A stretch of DNA of 64,000 nt from NCBI GenBank assembly GCA_039801565.1, contig JBDRUX010000001.1:32001-96000 (forward strand). The letters run 5' to 3'. Each line of letters begins with the position of its first letter. Position 1 is the stretch's first letter. Under the pieces are notes generated by a model. That model made no database searches and had not been told where the DNA came from. It worked only from the letters and a program-made list of their open reading frames with translations. Shown one piece after another: positions 1 through 10,637 of the stretch. The translations under genes were made by a program, and so were the position numbers. Origin of the DNA: a candidate division WOR-3 bacterium. Its GTDB lineage: Bacteria > Hydrothermota > Tepidihabitantia > Tepidihabitantales > JAOUPE01.

Positions 1-593
1 TCACAGACCAGACACCGTTCTTTATATTCAAAATATTCTTTAGCGCGGGCGAGTTCGTTTTTAATTTTCTGGGGTGTAGCAGGTAAGGCAATTAGCTGGG
101 AATGAGTATGTTCGATAGCTGAAGCGCCAGCCAGTGCGCCATAATCTTTGAAGATCATTACGTAACGCAATCTTTTATCCCGGTGAAGGTCGCTGATTCG
201 TTCCTGATACGTTTTGAAGACTAAAGCGATTTGGCTGGCACTTAAGAGGTGAAAATTTTTAATATGTTCGGGAGATTCAATAATGACTTCATTGGCACCG
301 ATTCCGGAGACTTTATCGTGGATGCCGATACCAACGCGTAGTACTTCGCCTTCCACCCGGAGAACCGGGTCTTTATCTGGTATGACCCGTACCTGCCAAC
401 CTGGTTGATTGGGTTGCGAGGTTTGACTTCGGATAGTGAAGATTTCCGGTGGAGTTTGGGCTTCATTGCCAGCACAGAAAGGGCAAATTGGTAACGGTTT
501 GGGCGGCTGGCGATGGTTGAGCGGAATATCTTTATTTTCGGTGCGAATAATCACCCAAGTGTCGGTCAGAATATCTCTTCTTACTTCAGACAT
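1..593 (-). CDS. galT: Galactose-1-phosphate uridylyltransferase (runs off window start)
   Basis: Not in the ORF track. Manual translation from ATG at 593: MSEVRRDILTDTWVIIRTE...CPFCAGNEAQTPPEI...MIFKDYGALAGASAIEHTHSQLIALP (HxHxQ motif). Overlaps the HIT gene stop. Confidence 0.88.
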   Translation of the reverse strand, partial: MSEVRRDILTDTWVIIRTENKDIPLNHRQPPKPLPICPFCAGNEAQTPPEIFTIRSQTSQPNQPGWQVRVIPDKDPVLRVEGEVLRVGIGIHDKVSGIGANEVIIESPEHIKNFHLLSASQIALVFKTYQERISDLHRDKRLRYVMIFKDYGALAGASAIEHTHSQLIALPATPQKIKNELARAKEYFEYKERCLVC

Positions 594-1093
594 CGGTTTT
601 TGAAAAATGGTTTTAATCGCTGGTAAGTTGTAGATAATGATTCGCAAATCACTTTTGTCTGAGCTAATAAGGGGAAAAAATTGACATCGCCAATCCAACG
701 TGGCACAATATGAATGTGGAAATGACTCGGTAACCCCGCCCCAGCATAACGACCTAAATTGGCTCCGATATTGAAACCATCCGGACGTAGTGCTTTTTTT
801 AAAATTTTGACCGACTCTTGAATTAATTTAAAAAGCGCTGCATATTCATCGGGTTTTAGTTTCTCAATTGCGCCGATATGCCGACAAGGTGCCACCATTA
901 AATGACCATTGTTGTAAGGATACCGATTCATCATAACTAAGGCATAAGAGTCAGTATAGAGAACCAAATTTTTAACCGGATCACCTTTTTGACTTTGGCA
1001 GATGAAACAGTGACCGGCATCTGTCACCTTGCCTTTTTGTTTGGAACATTCTTTGATGTATTCCATCCGCCAAGGGGCATAGAGTTGTTTCAT
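581..1093 (-). CDS. HIT-family nucleotide hydrolase
   Basis: LYAPWR N-terminus, CFIC, NRYPYNNGHLMVAP, HFHIHIVPRW histidine triad. Confidence 0.92.
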   Translation of the reverse strand: MKQLYAPWRMEYIKECSKQKGKVTDAGHCFICQSQKGDPVKNLVLYTDSYALVMMNRYPYNNGHLMVAPCRHIGAIEKLKPDEYAALFKLIQESVKILKKALRPDGFNIGANLGRYAGAGLPSHFHIHIVPRWIGDVNFFPLLAQTKVICESLSTTYQRLKPFFKNRCLK

Positions 1094-1209
1094 ATTAATC
1101 TAATCACCAATCCCTTGAATGATAACGAATTTCCCGAATATTCGAGACACTCGCATCATTCGTAAAAATAAGATTCATCGCTTCATCTAAGTTTTGAATT
1201 CCATTTAAG

Positions 1210-2457
1210 TTAGAATAAGGTCATTTGCTCGCCCGCTACTTTTTCGCTAATTGGTTGGGTCTCTTCTGAGAATATTTTGATTGTACCGAATACCCCATCA
1301 TAGCCCGGAATAACGGTGATTTCACCTTGCCGCATCTTCGCGACACCCAAGGCGATTCTTTCATCGCTATACTGTTTAATCGCTTCAATCGGTGCCGAGA
1401 GCAAGACGGTAAACTCTCCACCCAAATTTTTAACTAAATTTTCGTATTTCAATCGAACTGCCGCGGTATCCCGACCGACCCCCAACGCCTCGGCGATAAT
1501 TTCTTCTAATGGCACAAGATTTTTATAAGGAATAGCGTTCTCGGGAATGAAACCTTCGGGACGGTCAGCTAAAGATTCAACCCGGTGTAAGACACCGATC
1601 GTTAACCGGCGTCCACAGACCGGGCATAAATCGTTATTTAAAACCGATTGTTTAGGTGAAAGCCGAACCTTACAATTCCGATGACCATCGTAATGATATT
1701 TTCCTTCTTCAGGGAAGAATTCGATAGTGTAGAGAAATTTTTTACGGTCTTTAGTCTTCAGCACCGTTCGAATCTCATCATAGGTCAAATCGCAATCGAA
1801 GACATTTGCCTCACGACCTAAGCGAGATGGTGAATGGGCATCAGAGTTAGAGATTAGGGAATAATCATCAAGAGCCGATAGTCGCCAGTTCATTGCCGGG
1901 TCCGATGATAGACCAGTCTCCAGGGCGAAAATCTCGTGGCTTAAATCACCAAAACAATCCTCAATCGAATCAAAACCTGAATGCGACCCGTAAAGCGAAA
2001 ACCAAGGTGTCCAGATATGGGAAGGAACAATAAAGGCTCGGGGTGCGAGCTCCTTAATTTTGGCTAACATCTGATAAGAATCGAGTGCAATGGTCGGTCG
2101 GCCATCGCTGGCTAAATTGCCATAGCGGCTCAAAAACTTGTTGATTCGTTCTACATCACTAAAATCTGGGGCGAAGATAATATTATGAATGCGTCGCAAT
2201 TTTGCATTCTTAGTATAAATATTGTTCACTTCGGCCGTGAGAATAAAATAAATATCTTTGCAGGTAAAAAGTCCTCCGCCCGTGGGCTTTAAATCTTTTT
2301 TCAGTAGTTCGAGCCATTTCGGGTGAGTGAAGTCACCGGTTCCTAATAATTTTATTCCTTTTCGTTGGGCACTGGCAACGATTTGCGGAATTACCATATC
2401 CTGACTGGTAGCACGGGAAAAAAGTGAATGAATATGAAAATCCGCAATAAATTCCAC
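1210..2457 (-). CDS. PHP-domain endonuclease Q family protein
   Basis: ADFHIHS, GTGDFTHP, HIWTPWFS, ETGLSSD, NSDAHS, GKYHYDGHRNC, CPVCG motifs; GTG start. Confidence 0.88.
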   Translation of the reverse strand: MEFIADFHIHSLFSRATSQDMVIPQIVASAQRKGIKLLGTGDFTHPKWLELLKKDLKPTGGGLFTCKDIYFILTAEVNNIYTKNAKLRRIHNIIFAPDFSDVERINKFLSRYGNLASDGRPTIALDSYQMLAKIKELAPRAFIVPSHIWTPWFSLYGSHSGFDSIEDCFGDLSHEIFALETGLSSDPAMNWRLSALDDYSLISNSDAHSPSRLGREANVFDCDLTYDEIRTVLKTKDRKKFLYTIEFFPEEGKYHYDGHRNCKVRLSPKQSVLNNDLCPVCGRRLTIGVLHRVESLADRPEGFIPENAIPYKNLVPLEEIIAEALGVGRDTAAVRLKYENLVKNLGGEFTVLLSAPIEAIKQYSDERIALGVAKMRQGEITVIPGYDGVFGTIKIFSEETQPISEKVAGEQMTLF

Positions 2458-2632
2458 CTCCGTATTTTACCGAAAGAAACCTAATAGTCAAGAATGAAAA
2501 GCAAGAAGTATTAACTGAATCCAAAACGAGGCTAATTAAGAGAATACAAAGAAAGTAAAATTCGGGAACGAATTTTTGTGGTTCCAAAACATCGCTTTTA
2601 GGAGACGATTCGGATTTTCGAGAGTTCGATAG

Positions 2633-2776
2633 TTATTAGTTCAAATTGTTTAAGATGGTTTAAAACTTAAATATGAAAGAATAATGAGAAGAATTATTGT
2701 CACTTCTATCGTCCTGCTTGGTGTTTTTTTGTGCTTGCGATATTAGTGTTGTGTCACAAGTCGTTTCGGGTGTTGC
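2633..2776 (+). pseudogene. Degenerate inverted copy of the upstream region and 5' end of gene 7506..8120
   Basis: Aligns to the reverse complement of ~8028..8172 (ATGAGAAGAATTATT...TCGGGTGTTG) with substitutions and a T7 versus T6 frameshift. Confidence 0.8.
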
Positions 2777-2811
2777 TGTTGACATTTTTGTTACTTTGGT
2801 TATGATGAATT

Positions 2812-3894
2812 ATGCGTGCAACCGAAGCCGATGAGTTTTTTATGGCCCAAGCCTTGGAATTAGCCGAAAAGGGACGTGGCTTTGTTGCACCAAATCCTTT
2901 GGTCGGAGCGGTTGTTGTCAAAAATGGTAAAATTGTCGGAAAGGGTTATCATGAAAAATTCGGCAGAGCCCACGCTGAAATTAATGCTTTGAACGAAGCA
3001 AAAGAGAATGCACGCGGTGCTACCCTTTATGTCACACTCGAACCTTGCACTTTCTATGGCAAGACACCAGCTTGTGTCGACAGGTTAATTACTGCTGGTT
3101 TGCGCCGGGTAGTTATTGCTACCAAAGACCCTAATCCAAAAGTTTTTGGTAAAGGGGTCGCTTTGTTAAAGAAGGCCGGTATTGAAACAGAAGTTGGTAT
3201 TAAAGAAGAAATCGCCCAAAGACAGAATGAGAGTTATTTCAAATTTGTTAAGGCACAATTGCCTTTTGTCGTTTTAAAACTTGCCCAAAGTTTGGATGGC
3301 AAGATTGCGCTTTTAAACGGCAAGTCGAAATGGATTGATTCGCCAAGAAGTCGGAATTATAGTCAAAAACTGCGTCTTTATGCTGATGCTATTTTAGTTG
3401 GCATCAACACCATTTTAAAAGACGACCCACGCCTTACTTGTCGAATCGTTCCTGATAAGGAACTATTAAAAGTTGTCCTCGACACCAATTTACAAATTCC
3501 CCTTAATGCCCGAGTGCTTAATAAGGGTAACACTTTGATATTTACTGCTGTCGAAGATAGTCGAAAGCGAAACCAGTTGATTCGAAAAGGGGCAAAGATA
3601 ATTACAATCAAGGCTGACCAAGGAAGATTTTTGCCATGGCCGAGGATTCTATTAGAGTTATATCAAATTGGCATTCAGACCCTTTTGATTGAAGGGGGCG
3701 CAAAAATTGCTGCATCGGCTCTGCGAGCGAAAATTGTGGATAAAGTCTATTTGTTTTTAGCCCCAATCTTTTTGGGCGAAGGTCTGTCCTATACCCAAGG
3801 CATCGAACTTAAAAGTCTGAAGGATGCGATAAAATTAAAAGAATACAAACTGCAGCAAATCGGCAAAGATATTTTAATCGAAGGTTACCTATGA
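2812..3894 (+). CDS. ribD: Bifunctional diaminohydroxyphosphoribosylaminopyrimidine deaminase/reductase
   Basis: PNPLVGAV, HAE, TLEPC...PAC deaminase motifs; SLDGKIA, DDPRLT, IEGGA reductase motifs. Confidence 0.96.
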   Translation: MRATEADEFFMAQALELAEKGRGFVAPNPLVGAVVVKNGKIVGKGYHEKFGRAHAEINALNEAKENARGATLYVTLEPCTFYGKTPACVDRLITAGLRRVVIATKDPNPKVFGKGVALLKKAGIETEVGIKEEIAQRQNESYFKFVKAQLPFVVLKLAQSLDGKIALLNGKSKWIDSPRSRNYSQKLRLYADAILVGINTILKDDPRLTCRIVPDKELLKVVLDTNLQIPLNARVLNKGNTLIFTAVEDSRKRNQLIRKGAKIITIKADQGRFLPWPRILLELYQIGIQTLLIEGGAKIAASALRAKIVDKVYLFLAPIFLGEGLSYTQGIELKSLKDAIKLKEYKLQQIGKDILIEGYL

Positions 3895-3921
3895 TAACCC
3901 TATTTATTAGCCAATAGTCTA

Positions 3922-4530
3922 ATGTTTACCGGTTTGATTGAAACAGTTGGTAGAATTGGGGCGATTAAATCTAAAGCCGGTAGCAAATTCTTGACGATAA
4001 TTGCTGATTTTGCTAAGGAATTGCGGATCGGCGATAGTGTTGCAATTGATGGTTGCTGTCTTACTGTAATTGAAAAAAGTGATAGGTCGTTCACAGTGGA
4101 AGCAACCGCCCCTACGCTAAAGAATACAACATTAAAGTATTTAAAAATAGATGACCTGGTGAATTTAGAGCGTTCGCTTAGTTTGACCGAACGAATGGGC
4201 GGCCATTTCGTTTTGGGTCATATCGATGAAGTCGGACAAATCAAAACAATTAGACCTACCGCTGGTGCTGGTAGATTATGTACAATAGAAGTTTCGCCGA
4301 AAAATGCCAGTCTATTGGTAAAAAATGGTTCAATAGCCGTTGCGGGTATTAGTCTTACAATCAATGCGGTTAATAACAATTCTTTTGTGGTCAATATAAT
4401 TAGTCATACGCTTTTGCATACCACTTGGCATCGGAAACGAAGTGGCGATTATGTCAATATTGAATATGACATTTTGGGGAAATTGGTGCAAAATTATTTA
4501 AAGAAGTATATTTCCGGTTCGAAGGAGTGA
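3922..4530 (+). CDS. ribE: Riboflavin synthase (alpha chain)
   Basis: MFTGLIE N-terminus, GDSVAIDGCCLTV, VNLERS, GGHFVLGHID. Confidence 0.96.
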   Translation: MFTGLIETVGRIGAIKSKAGSKFLTIIADFAKELRIGDSVAIDGCCLTVIEKSDRSFTVEATAPTLKNTTLKYLKIDDLVNLERSLSLTERMGGHFVLGHIDEVGQIKTIRPTAGAGRLCTIEVSPKNASLLVKNGSIAVAGISLTINAVNNNSFVVNIISHTLLHTTWHRKRSGDYVNIEYDILGKLVQNYLKKYISGSKE

Positions 4531-4534
4531 TGGA

Positions 4535-5377
4535 TTGGTGTTAACTCTATCCGTAAAACCAAACCTAAAAGTTAAAGAAGTTGAATGCCGAACTGCCTTA
4601 AATTTATCAAAAATTTCTGGGATGGCTTATTGCCTTAATCCTTATATTGGCTGTGAACACCGTTGCATCTACTGTTACGCAACCTTTATGAGGCGATTTC
4701 GTAATCATTCAGAAGAATGGGGAAGTTTTGTTGATGTTAAAATAAATTTTATTGACCGCTTAAAAAAAGAAATCCAAAAGAAAAAGATTGGTTCGGTGGC
4801 GGTTGGTACTGTGTCCGACCCCTATCAGCCGATTGAGGCAAAATACCACACCACAAGGCAGACAATCACACTTCTTAACCAGTACAATTTTCCCTATGAA
4901 ATCTTGACCAAATCGAATCTAATTGTTCGAGACATTGACTTATTGAAAGATAATAAAAATAGTTCCGTGGAGTTGACTATTACTACAGTTGATGAAGCAA
5001 TCCGTCAAATTTTTGAGCCCAAGGCTCCCTCGGTTCTTGCCCGATTGAAAACTTTAGAAAAATTATTAGCAAATAGCATTGAAACTACTGTTTTCTTTGG
5101 ACCGGTAATTCCTTATTTTTCAGATAGTCCAGAAAAAATCGGGCAGTTTTTTAGGATTTTACAAAGGATAGGTATTAGGCGGGTTTTAGTGGATAAACTC
5201 AACTATCTTGAGACAAAAATTGCACAAATAATCCGAGTACTTCGCAACACCTTTCCTCAAGCAATTCCCTATTACCAGAAAATCTTACTTAATCCAACTC
5301 ACTACCAAATTACTTTGAGGCAAAACATTGAGGTGGTAGCGAAAGATTTTAAATTTTCCGTGGAGGTTCTATTTTGA
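4535..5377 (+). CDS. Radical SAM protein (SplB/Rv2578c-like)
   Basis: LNPYIGCEHRCIYCYA (CxxxCxxC), SDPYQPIE, ILTKS. Confidence 0.88.
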   Translation: MVLTLSVKPNLKVKEVECRTALNLSKISGMAYCLNPYIGCEHRCIYCYATFMRRFRNHSEEWGSFVDVKINFIDRLKKEIQKKKIGSVAVGTVSDPYQPIEAKYHTTRQTITLLNQYNFPYEILTKSNLIVRDIDLLKDNKNSSVELTITTVDEAIRQIFEPKAPSVLARLKTLEKLLANSIETTVFFGPVIPYFSDSPEKIGQFFRILQRIGIRRVLVDKLNYLETKIAQIIRVLRNTFPQAIPYYQKILLNPTHYQITLRQNIEVVAKDFKFSVEVLF

Positions 5378-5910
5378 CAATTCTCTTCACTTTATTCATC
5401 ACTACCAACTTTGACCAGAACTTGTACAATAAAATTCACAATGACTGGCAAAATCCGACGCTGGATTTGATAATGAAAGGAACCGAAATGGTTAGCGGTT
5501 TTGAATCACAGCTAATCGCTAATTTGGCTGTTATTTATTTCGGTCAAGAAAAAGAGCTAAAGACCGCAAAATTAGCCCTTACTGCCTGGGCAATAAGTTC
5601 TTTAGCAAACTTAAGCATCCGGGTGATTGTTAACCGTCCCCGACCCGAAGATTCTCTAACCCCGCGTTGGAATTCTTCGTTCCCTTCGGGTCATTCCTCA
5701 AGTTACTTCAGTTTAGCTACAGTTTATTCGGCGAAGTACCCAAAACTGACAATTCCGCTTTATACATTCGGAATTTTGGTTGGTTTCTCGCGCATCTATT
5801 TAGGCTATCACTATCCAACCGATGTCTTAGCCGGAGCAGTTTTGGGTTGGACTTGTGGCAAATTGACATTAAAAATGGAAAAGTTATTAAATCGGTTCTT
5901 AGAGTTCTGA
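5374..5910 (+). CDS. PAP2-family phosphatase
   Basis: RPRP, SFPSGHS, SRIYLGYHYPTDV motifs. Confidence 0.92.
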   Translation: MTILFTLFITTNFDQNLYNKIHNDWQNPTLDLIMKGTEMVSGFESQLIANLAVIYFGQEKELKTAKLALTAWAISSLANLSIRVIVNRPRPEDSLTPRWNSSFPSGHSSSYFSLATVYSAKYPKLTIPLYTFGILVGFSRIYLGYHYPTDVLAGAVLGWTCGKLTLKMEKLLNRFLEF

Positions 5911-5913
5911 ATA

Positions 5914-6606
5914 ATGGCGAAAAGAATAAAAGAACCGGTTGTGCAATACAATGGTCGAAAATTTCAAAGGATTTGGGTCAAGACCCATATCATTACCGAT
6001 CGAGATGATATTGGTGATGTGGTTGAGCAATATACCAAAGGGGTCTTAAGAAATAATGACATTGTGACAATTGCTGAAAGTGTCGTAGCGATAACCCAAG
6101 GTCGAGCAATCCCCATCAATAAAATCAAACCCGGTCTACTGGCGAAAGTTCTTTGGCGATTTGTCCGCAAAGTTCCTTACGGAATTGGGTTACGCAGTCC
6201 TTGGAGTATGCAGTGCGCAATTGAAGAGGTGGGGGGCTTAAGAATTTTACTGGCTGCTTTCGTCAGTGCTTTTGGTAAATTGCTTGGGCGAAAAGGGGAT
6301 TTCTATAAAATCGCTGGCAAACAAGCAGCAATGATTGATGCTGCGCATACTTCTGGAGTCAAAGAATTTTACGAATGCGTCATTATGGGACCAAAAACAC
6401 CCGAGCTGGTCGCAAAAAGAGTTAGTAAACAAATTAACCACCCGGTTGCGATTGTTGACGCCAATGATATTTCCGGCTGTTGGGTGGTTGGAGCATCCGA
6501 TGGCTTAGATTTGCAGATGATTGAAAAGGTGATGGCAGATAATCCAGCTGGGCAGGGTGACAGTTTAACCCCAATCATCATCATTCGGGAAGTGAAAGAT
6601 GAGTAA
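5914..6606 (+). CDS. F420-0:gamma-glutamyl ligase (CofE)-like protein
   Basis: KTHII, IAESVVAITQGR, FYKIAG..AAMID, AIVDANDI, DNPAGQ..TPIII pattern of the F420_ligase-like family. Confidence 0.75.
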   Translation: MAKRIKEPVVQYNGRKFQRIWVKTHIITDRDDIGDVVEQYTKGVLRNNDIVTIAESVVAITQGRAIPINKIKPGLLAKVLWRFVRKVPYGIGLRSPWSMQCAIEEVGGLRILLAAFVSAFGKLLGRKGDFYKIAGKQAAMIDAAHTSGVKEFYECVIMGPKTPELVAKRVSKQINHPVAIVDANDISGCWVVGASDGLDLQMIEKVMADNPAGQGDSLTPIIIIREVKDE

Positions 6607-7501
6607 GTCCTTATATGCCATCGCATTCCCTCAAGACGGTAATATTGGCTATGCGGCGGGAGAATCAGGGATAATTTTAAAAAGCACTGATAGTGGCGCC
6701 ACTTTTTCACTTTTAGACGCGCCAACCCAGAATGATTTATATGGTATAGATTTTCCTTGTGATGCCCAAGTCGGTTTTATCGTTGGGGCAAAAGGGACAA
6801 TTCTAAAAACAACCAATGGAGGTAAGGAGTGGAAGCTGATAAAGATTAACACTGAACTCGATTTACGCGGACTCTGTTTTCCTCAAACCGATTTAATTGG
6901 ATTTGCCGTTGGTGACGACGGCTTAATTATTGAGACCGACGATTCAGGTGAAACCTGGACCATTCTCCATCAAGGTAGTGGTCGAAAACTATACTCAGTC
7001 CACTTTCCGTTCGATACTTTGACCGGTTTTGCTGTCGGCGAAAAGAGCGCTATCTATAAAACTGTCAATGGCGGTGAACATTGGTTTCTCTTAACCGAGC
7101 ATCTACAAGGTGAATATCGGTTTGACCTCTATTGTGTCAGCTTTCCTTTTGATGACCTTACCGGGTATGTTGTTGGTGACCGAGCGGTTATCTATAAGAC
7201 TACTGATGGTGGCGAAACCTGGAAACTTTTAACCGAGGCGTTTAAACCCTACCCGCTTTACGGGGTTCGTTTCCCAGCCAATGAATATAACGGGATACTG
7301 GTCGGTGGCAACGGCAAGATTTTTCGGACTAACGATGGATTGCAGAATATCTTATTATGCGAGTCGGGTGTCGAAGATGATTTGTATTCGGTCTATTGTG
7401 ATACGCAATGCGAACGAGCTTGGGTTAGTGGAGCTAATGGAACAATCCTTCGAACTATTGACGGCGGTTTCACTTGGACCAAAGTTAAAGTGAATATTTG
7501 A
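6599..7501 (+). CDS. YCF48-like BNR-repeat beta-propeller protein
   Basis: Repeated G(F/Y)xVGxxGxIxKTxDGGxTW units. Confidence 0.85.
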   Translation: MSKSLYAIAFPQDGNIGYAAGESGIILKSTDSGATFSLLDAPTQNDLYGIDFPCDAQVGFIVGAKGTILKTTNGGKEWKLIKINTELDLRGLCFPQTDLIGFAVGDDGLIIETDDSGETWTILHQGSGRKLYSVHFPFDTLTGFAVGEKSAIYKTVNGGEHWFLLTEHLQGEYRFDLYCVSFPFDDLTGYVVGDRAVIYKTTDGGETWKLLTEAFKPYPLYGVRFPANEYNGILVGGNGKIFRTNDGLQNILLCESGVEDDLYSVYCDTQCERAWVSGANGTILRTIDGGFTWTKVKVNI

Positions 7502-7505
7502 ATAA

Positions 7506-8120
7506 CTATTTTGGCAATTCTTTAAGCGCTTCCTCACAAGTCTTTCTCAAACTATCCGCCAATATCAAGACTTTTTCCAATTGCACTTTTAACCTCGTGA
7601 TTTGTTTCTTTATCTCAGTTTGGTCTTTTTCCTTAAGTAGAGCCTTGACGTGATTAGAAAGCGACTCTTTCAGTGACCTAAGACTGTGTAGTTTGCTCGT
7701 GTCGTCATCACTAAATGCTTTCAACAAAATTTTCGCCTCTTCTAAAATGGCCGTAAGTTCTTTTGCCCGGTATTTTTCTTTAATCTCAATGGTCGCCTTT
7801 GCCGTAGAAGTCCGGATTGGACAAGTCCGACTCGCATCAATAAAACCTTGACCAGCGCGGTCAAGACGAACCGTTATCTTCTTTTCGAAAGTTGTGACAT
7901 TAACTGAATCCCAATCGCTCTCTTTTTGCAACGAGACTTTATCGAATTTGAATTGAGTGGCTTCGATAGCTAATAGACAAGGCAGGTGAATATTCTTAAC
8001 TATAACTTTAAATTCCAGCGAATCCCCGACAACACCCGAAGCGGTTTGTGGCACAACACTAATATTACAAGCATAAAAAATACCGAGCAGAGCGATAGAG
8101 GTGATAATAATTCTTCTCAT
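7506..8120 (-). CDS. Hypothetical exported (lipo)protein
   Basis: Signal peptide with lipobox-like FYAC; coiled-coil-like C-terminus. Confidence 0.65.
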   Translation of the reverse strand: MRRIIITSIALLGIFYACNISVVPQTASGVVGDSLEFKVIVKNIHLPCLLAIEATQFKFDKVSLQKESDWDSVNVTTFEKKITVRLDRAGQGFIDASRTCPIRTSTAKATIEIKEKYRAKELTAILEEAKILLKAFSDDDTSKLHSLRSLKESLSNHVKALLKEKDQTEIKKQITRLKVQLEKVLILADSLRKTCEEALKELPK

Positions 8121-8185
8121 TATCTTTTCGTATTTAAGTTTTTAACCATCTTGAACAATTTGAACTAATAAATAAATTAGGGATA

Positions 8186-10264
8186 TCACCCCTTTTCTTT
8201 TTCGCGTTTTGCCTCTTCGATTATTTTAGCCGCGATTTCGCGTGGCACTTCTTCGTAATGGGAAAACTTCATTGAAAAATAACCGCGGCCTTGAGTCATT
8301 GACCGCAGGGTCGTCGAGTATTTATACATCTCGGCCATCGGCACCTGAGCCTTAATTACCTGTAAAGAACCCTCCGACTCCATTCCTAAAATTCTTCCGC
8401 GTCGAGCATTCAAGTCACCAATCGCATCACCCATATACTGTTCAGGAACTGTGACTTCAACATCCATTATTGGTTCTAATAAGACGAGGCCGGCTTTTTC
8501 GGCTGCTGCCTTGAATGCTAACGAACCAGCAATCTTAAAAGCGATATCCGAAGAATCGACTTCGTGATAAGACCCGTCGTAAATCGTTACTTTTACGTCC
8601 ACGACCGGATAACCCGCCAGAACACCCTGTGCCATTGTCTCTAATACCCCCTTTTCTACCGAGGGCAAATATTTAGAAGGCACTGCTCCAGCATAGATTT
8701 CGTCAATAAACTCAAAACCGGTTCCGCGCTCTTTAGGTTCGAGCCGAAGCCAGACATCGCCATATTGGCCCCGACCACCGGATTGTTTCTTATATTTTCC
8801 TTGTGCTTCAGCTTTGCGTTGAATTGTCTCTCGATAAGGAATCTTCGGTTTCACTAAGTCCACCGCGACATCAAATTTTCTTTTCAAACGAGCAACAATT
8901 ACATCTAAATGCAACTCGCCTAATCCAGAGATAAGTTGCTGTTTCAATTCATGGTCATACTTATAAGAGAAGGTTGGGTCTTCTTCATGCAATCTTGCTA
9001 AACCGTTAGAAACCTTTTCCTCATCGCCCTTAGATTTGGGTACAATTGCTACCGAAATCGAAGGTTCGGGGAATTTTATCGGCTCGATTACAAATGGGTC
9101 TTGAGGGCTACATAAAGTATGGGAGGTGTGAGTCTGTTTTAACTTAACCAAGGCGCCAATCTCGCCGGTCCGAAGTTTATTAGTCTCAATCCGCTCTTTA
9201 CCCTTTACATAATAAATCTGGTTAATTTTTTCCTCGCGTTCAACATTCGAATTCAATAAAATCATCCCCGACTCAATACTCCCCGAAAGCACCTTCACAT
9301 AATTCAAATCCCCAATATGAGGTTCAGAAACAGTTTTAAAGACAAAAGCGATAGTCGGACCTTTGGGGTCTCTCTTTCGAATGATTATCTCTTCACTACG
9401 TGGTTTAGTACCTCGAATTTCGGTAATATCAATACTCGACGGCATTGATTCCACAATAAAATCCAACATCAGTTGAACTCCAATATTCTCATAACCATCG
9501 CCACAAAGCACCGGGAAAAGTTTATGCTCTTTAGCCCCCTGCTTAATTGCGGCAACAATTTCCGAAGGAGTAATCTCATTACCTTCAAGATACTTATTCA
9601 TCAACTCCTCGCTGGAATCGGCACAAGCCTCTAAAAGCTTATCTCGATACTGATTAATTCGATCGTCAAGCTCGGCTGGCACTGGAATCTCCTTAATAAC
9701 TCCATCCTTATCACTATACGCCTTATTATGGATTAAATTAACAATTCCCTCGAAACCGGCTTCTTTACCAATCGGTAAAAAGACCGGACAGATTTTGCTA
9801 CCGAAATTCTTAATCACCTCATCAATTACTTTATAGAAATCACTGTGTTCTTTCTTCAATTTATTAATAAAAATTAATCTTGGCAACTCTCTCTGATTAA
9901 TCAATTTCCAGACTATTTCGGTACCCACTTCGATACCGGATACTGCATCAATTACCACAATAGCGATATCTACTGCGGCAAGACCAGAATAAACCTCGCC
10001 GATAAAATCCGCATAGCCAGGAGTGTCAACAATGTTAATCAGATTATCTCGATATGCCCCATAACCTAAAGCCAGACTAATACTAATTTTTCGAGCGATT
10101 TCATCTTCATCATAATCTAAAAGGGCATTCCCTTCATCAACTCGACCCAGCCGATTATTTTGTTTTAAGTTATAAAGAATTGCTTCGCCAATGGTAGTTT
10201 TACCACAACCACCGTGACCGAAAAAACCAATATTTCTAATATTTTCTGCGTTATACTCTTTCAT
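8186..10264 (-). CDS. fusA: Elongation factor G (stand-alone EF-G2-like paralogue)
   Basis: GHGGCGKTT, DTPGYADF, NKLK, GLGELHL, KKQSGGRGQYG, DGSYHEVDSS; not in an rpsL-rpsG-tuf context; AGGAGG RBS. Confidence 0.93.
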   Translation of the reverse strand: MKEYNAENIRNIGFFGHGGCGKTTIGEAILYNLKQNNRLGRVDEGNALLDYDEDEIARKISISLALGYGAYRDNLINIVDTPGYADFIGEVYSGLAAVDIAIVVIDAVSGIEVGTEIVWKLINQRELPRLIFINKLKKEHSDFYKVIDEVIKNFGSKICPVFLPIGKEAGFEGIVNLIHNKAYSDKDGVIKEIPVPAELDDRINQYRDKLLEACADSSEELMNKYLEGNEITPSEIVAAIKQGAKEHKLFPVLCGDGYENIGVQLMLDFIVESMPSSIDITEIRGTKPRSEEIIIRKRDPKGPTIAFVFKTVSEPHIGDLNYVKVLSGSIESGMILLNSNVEREEKINQIYYVKGKERIETNKLRTGEIGALVKLKQTHTSHTLCSPQDPFVIEPIKFPEPSISVAIVPKSKGDEEKVSNGLARLHEEDPTFSYKYDHELKQQLISGLGELHLDVIVARLKRKFDVAVDLVKPKIPYRETIQRKAEAQGKYKKQSGGRGQYGDVWLRLEPKERGTGFEFIDEIYAGAVPSKYLPSVEKGVLETMAQGVLAGYPVVDVKVTIYDGSYHEVDSSDIAFKIAGSLAFKAAAEKAGLVLLEPIMDVEVTVPEQYMGDAIGDLNARRGRILGMESEGSLQVIKAQVPMAEMYKYSTTLRSMTQGRGYFSMKFSHYEEVPREIAAKIIEEAKREKEKG

Positions 10265-10637
10265 GCTTGCCTCCTAAAAATTATACTCGACAAAGTCGAA
10301 TTCTCTTTTCTTTAACAATTCTTAAGAGAAAAATCCGATTCGGATCCATTATAAGAAGGATATTAAATTTTAAGCCGAAGTCAAGCCTCACTAATAACCG
10401 ATTCAACTGCACTACTCCTTTTTGTAATTTTTAGGGAAGATTTTAGCATTTATGGTATGGAATCCTTTTGGAGTAATGATGGTAATTAGTTGTCCTAGAA
10501 TATTTTTGGGTGCATAGTGGAATGGATAACCATCGTCAAATTCAATTGGGTACAAACTCCCATTAGCTAATGGCTACAACAGAGAAAAGTCTCTTTATAA
10601 TTGACTTTTTGCCATCTTCGATTAAAATTATTATGGA

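Noticed and set aside
2500..2811. FMN riboswitch upstream of ribD
   Set aside because: No RFN conserved motifs; the promoter abuts the start codon.
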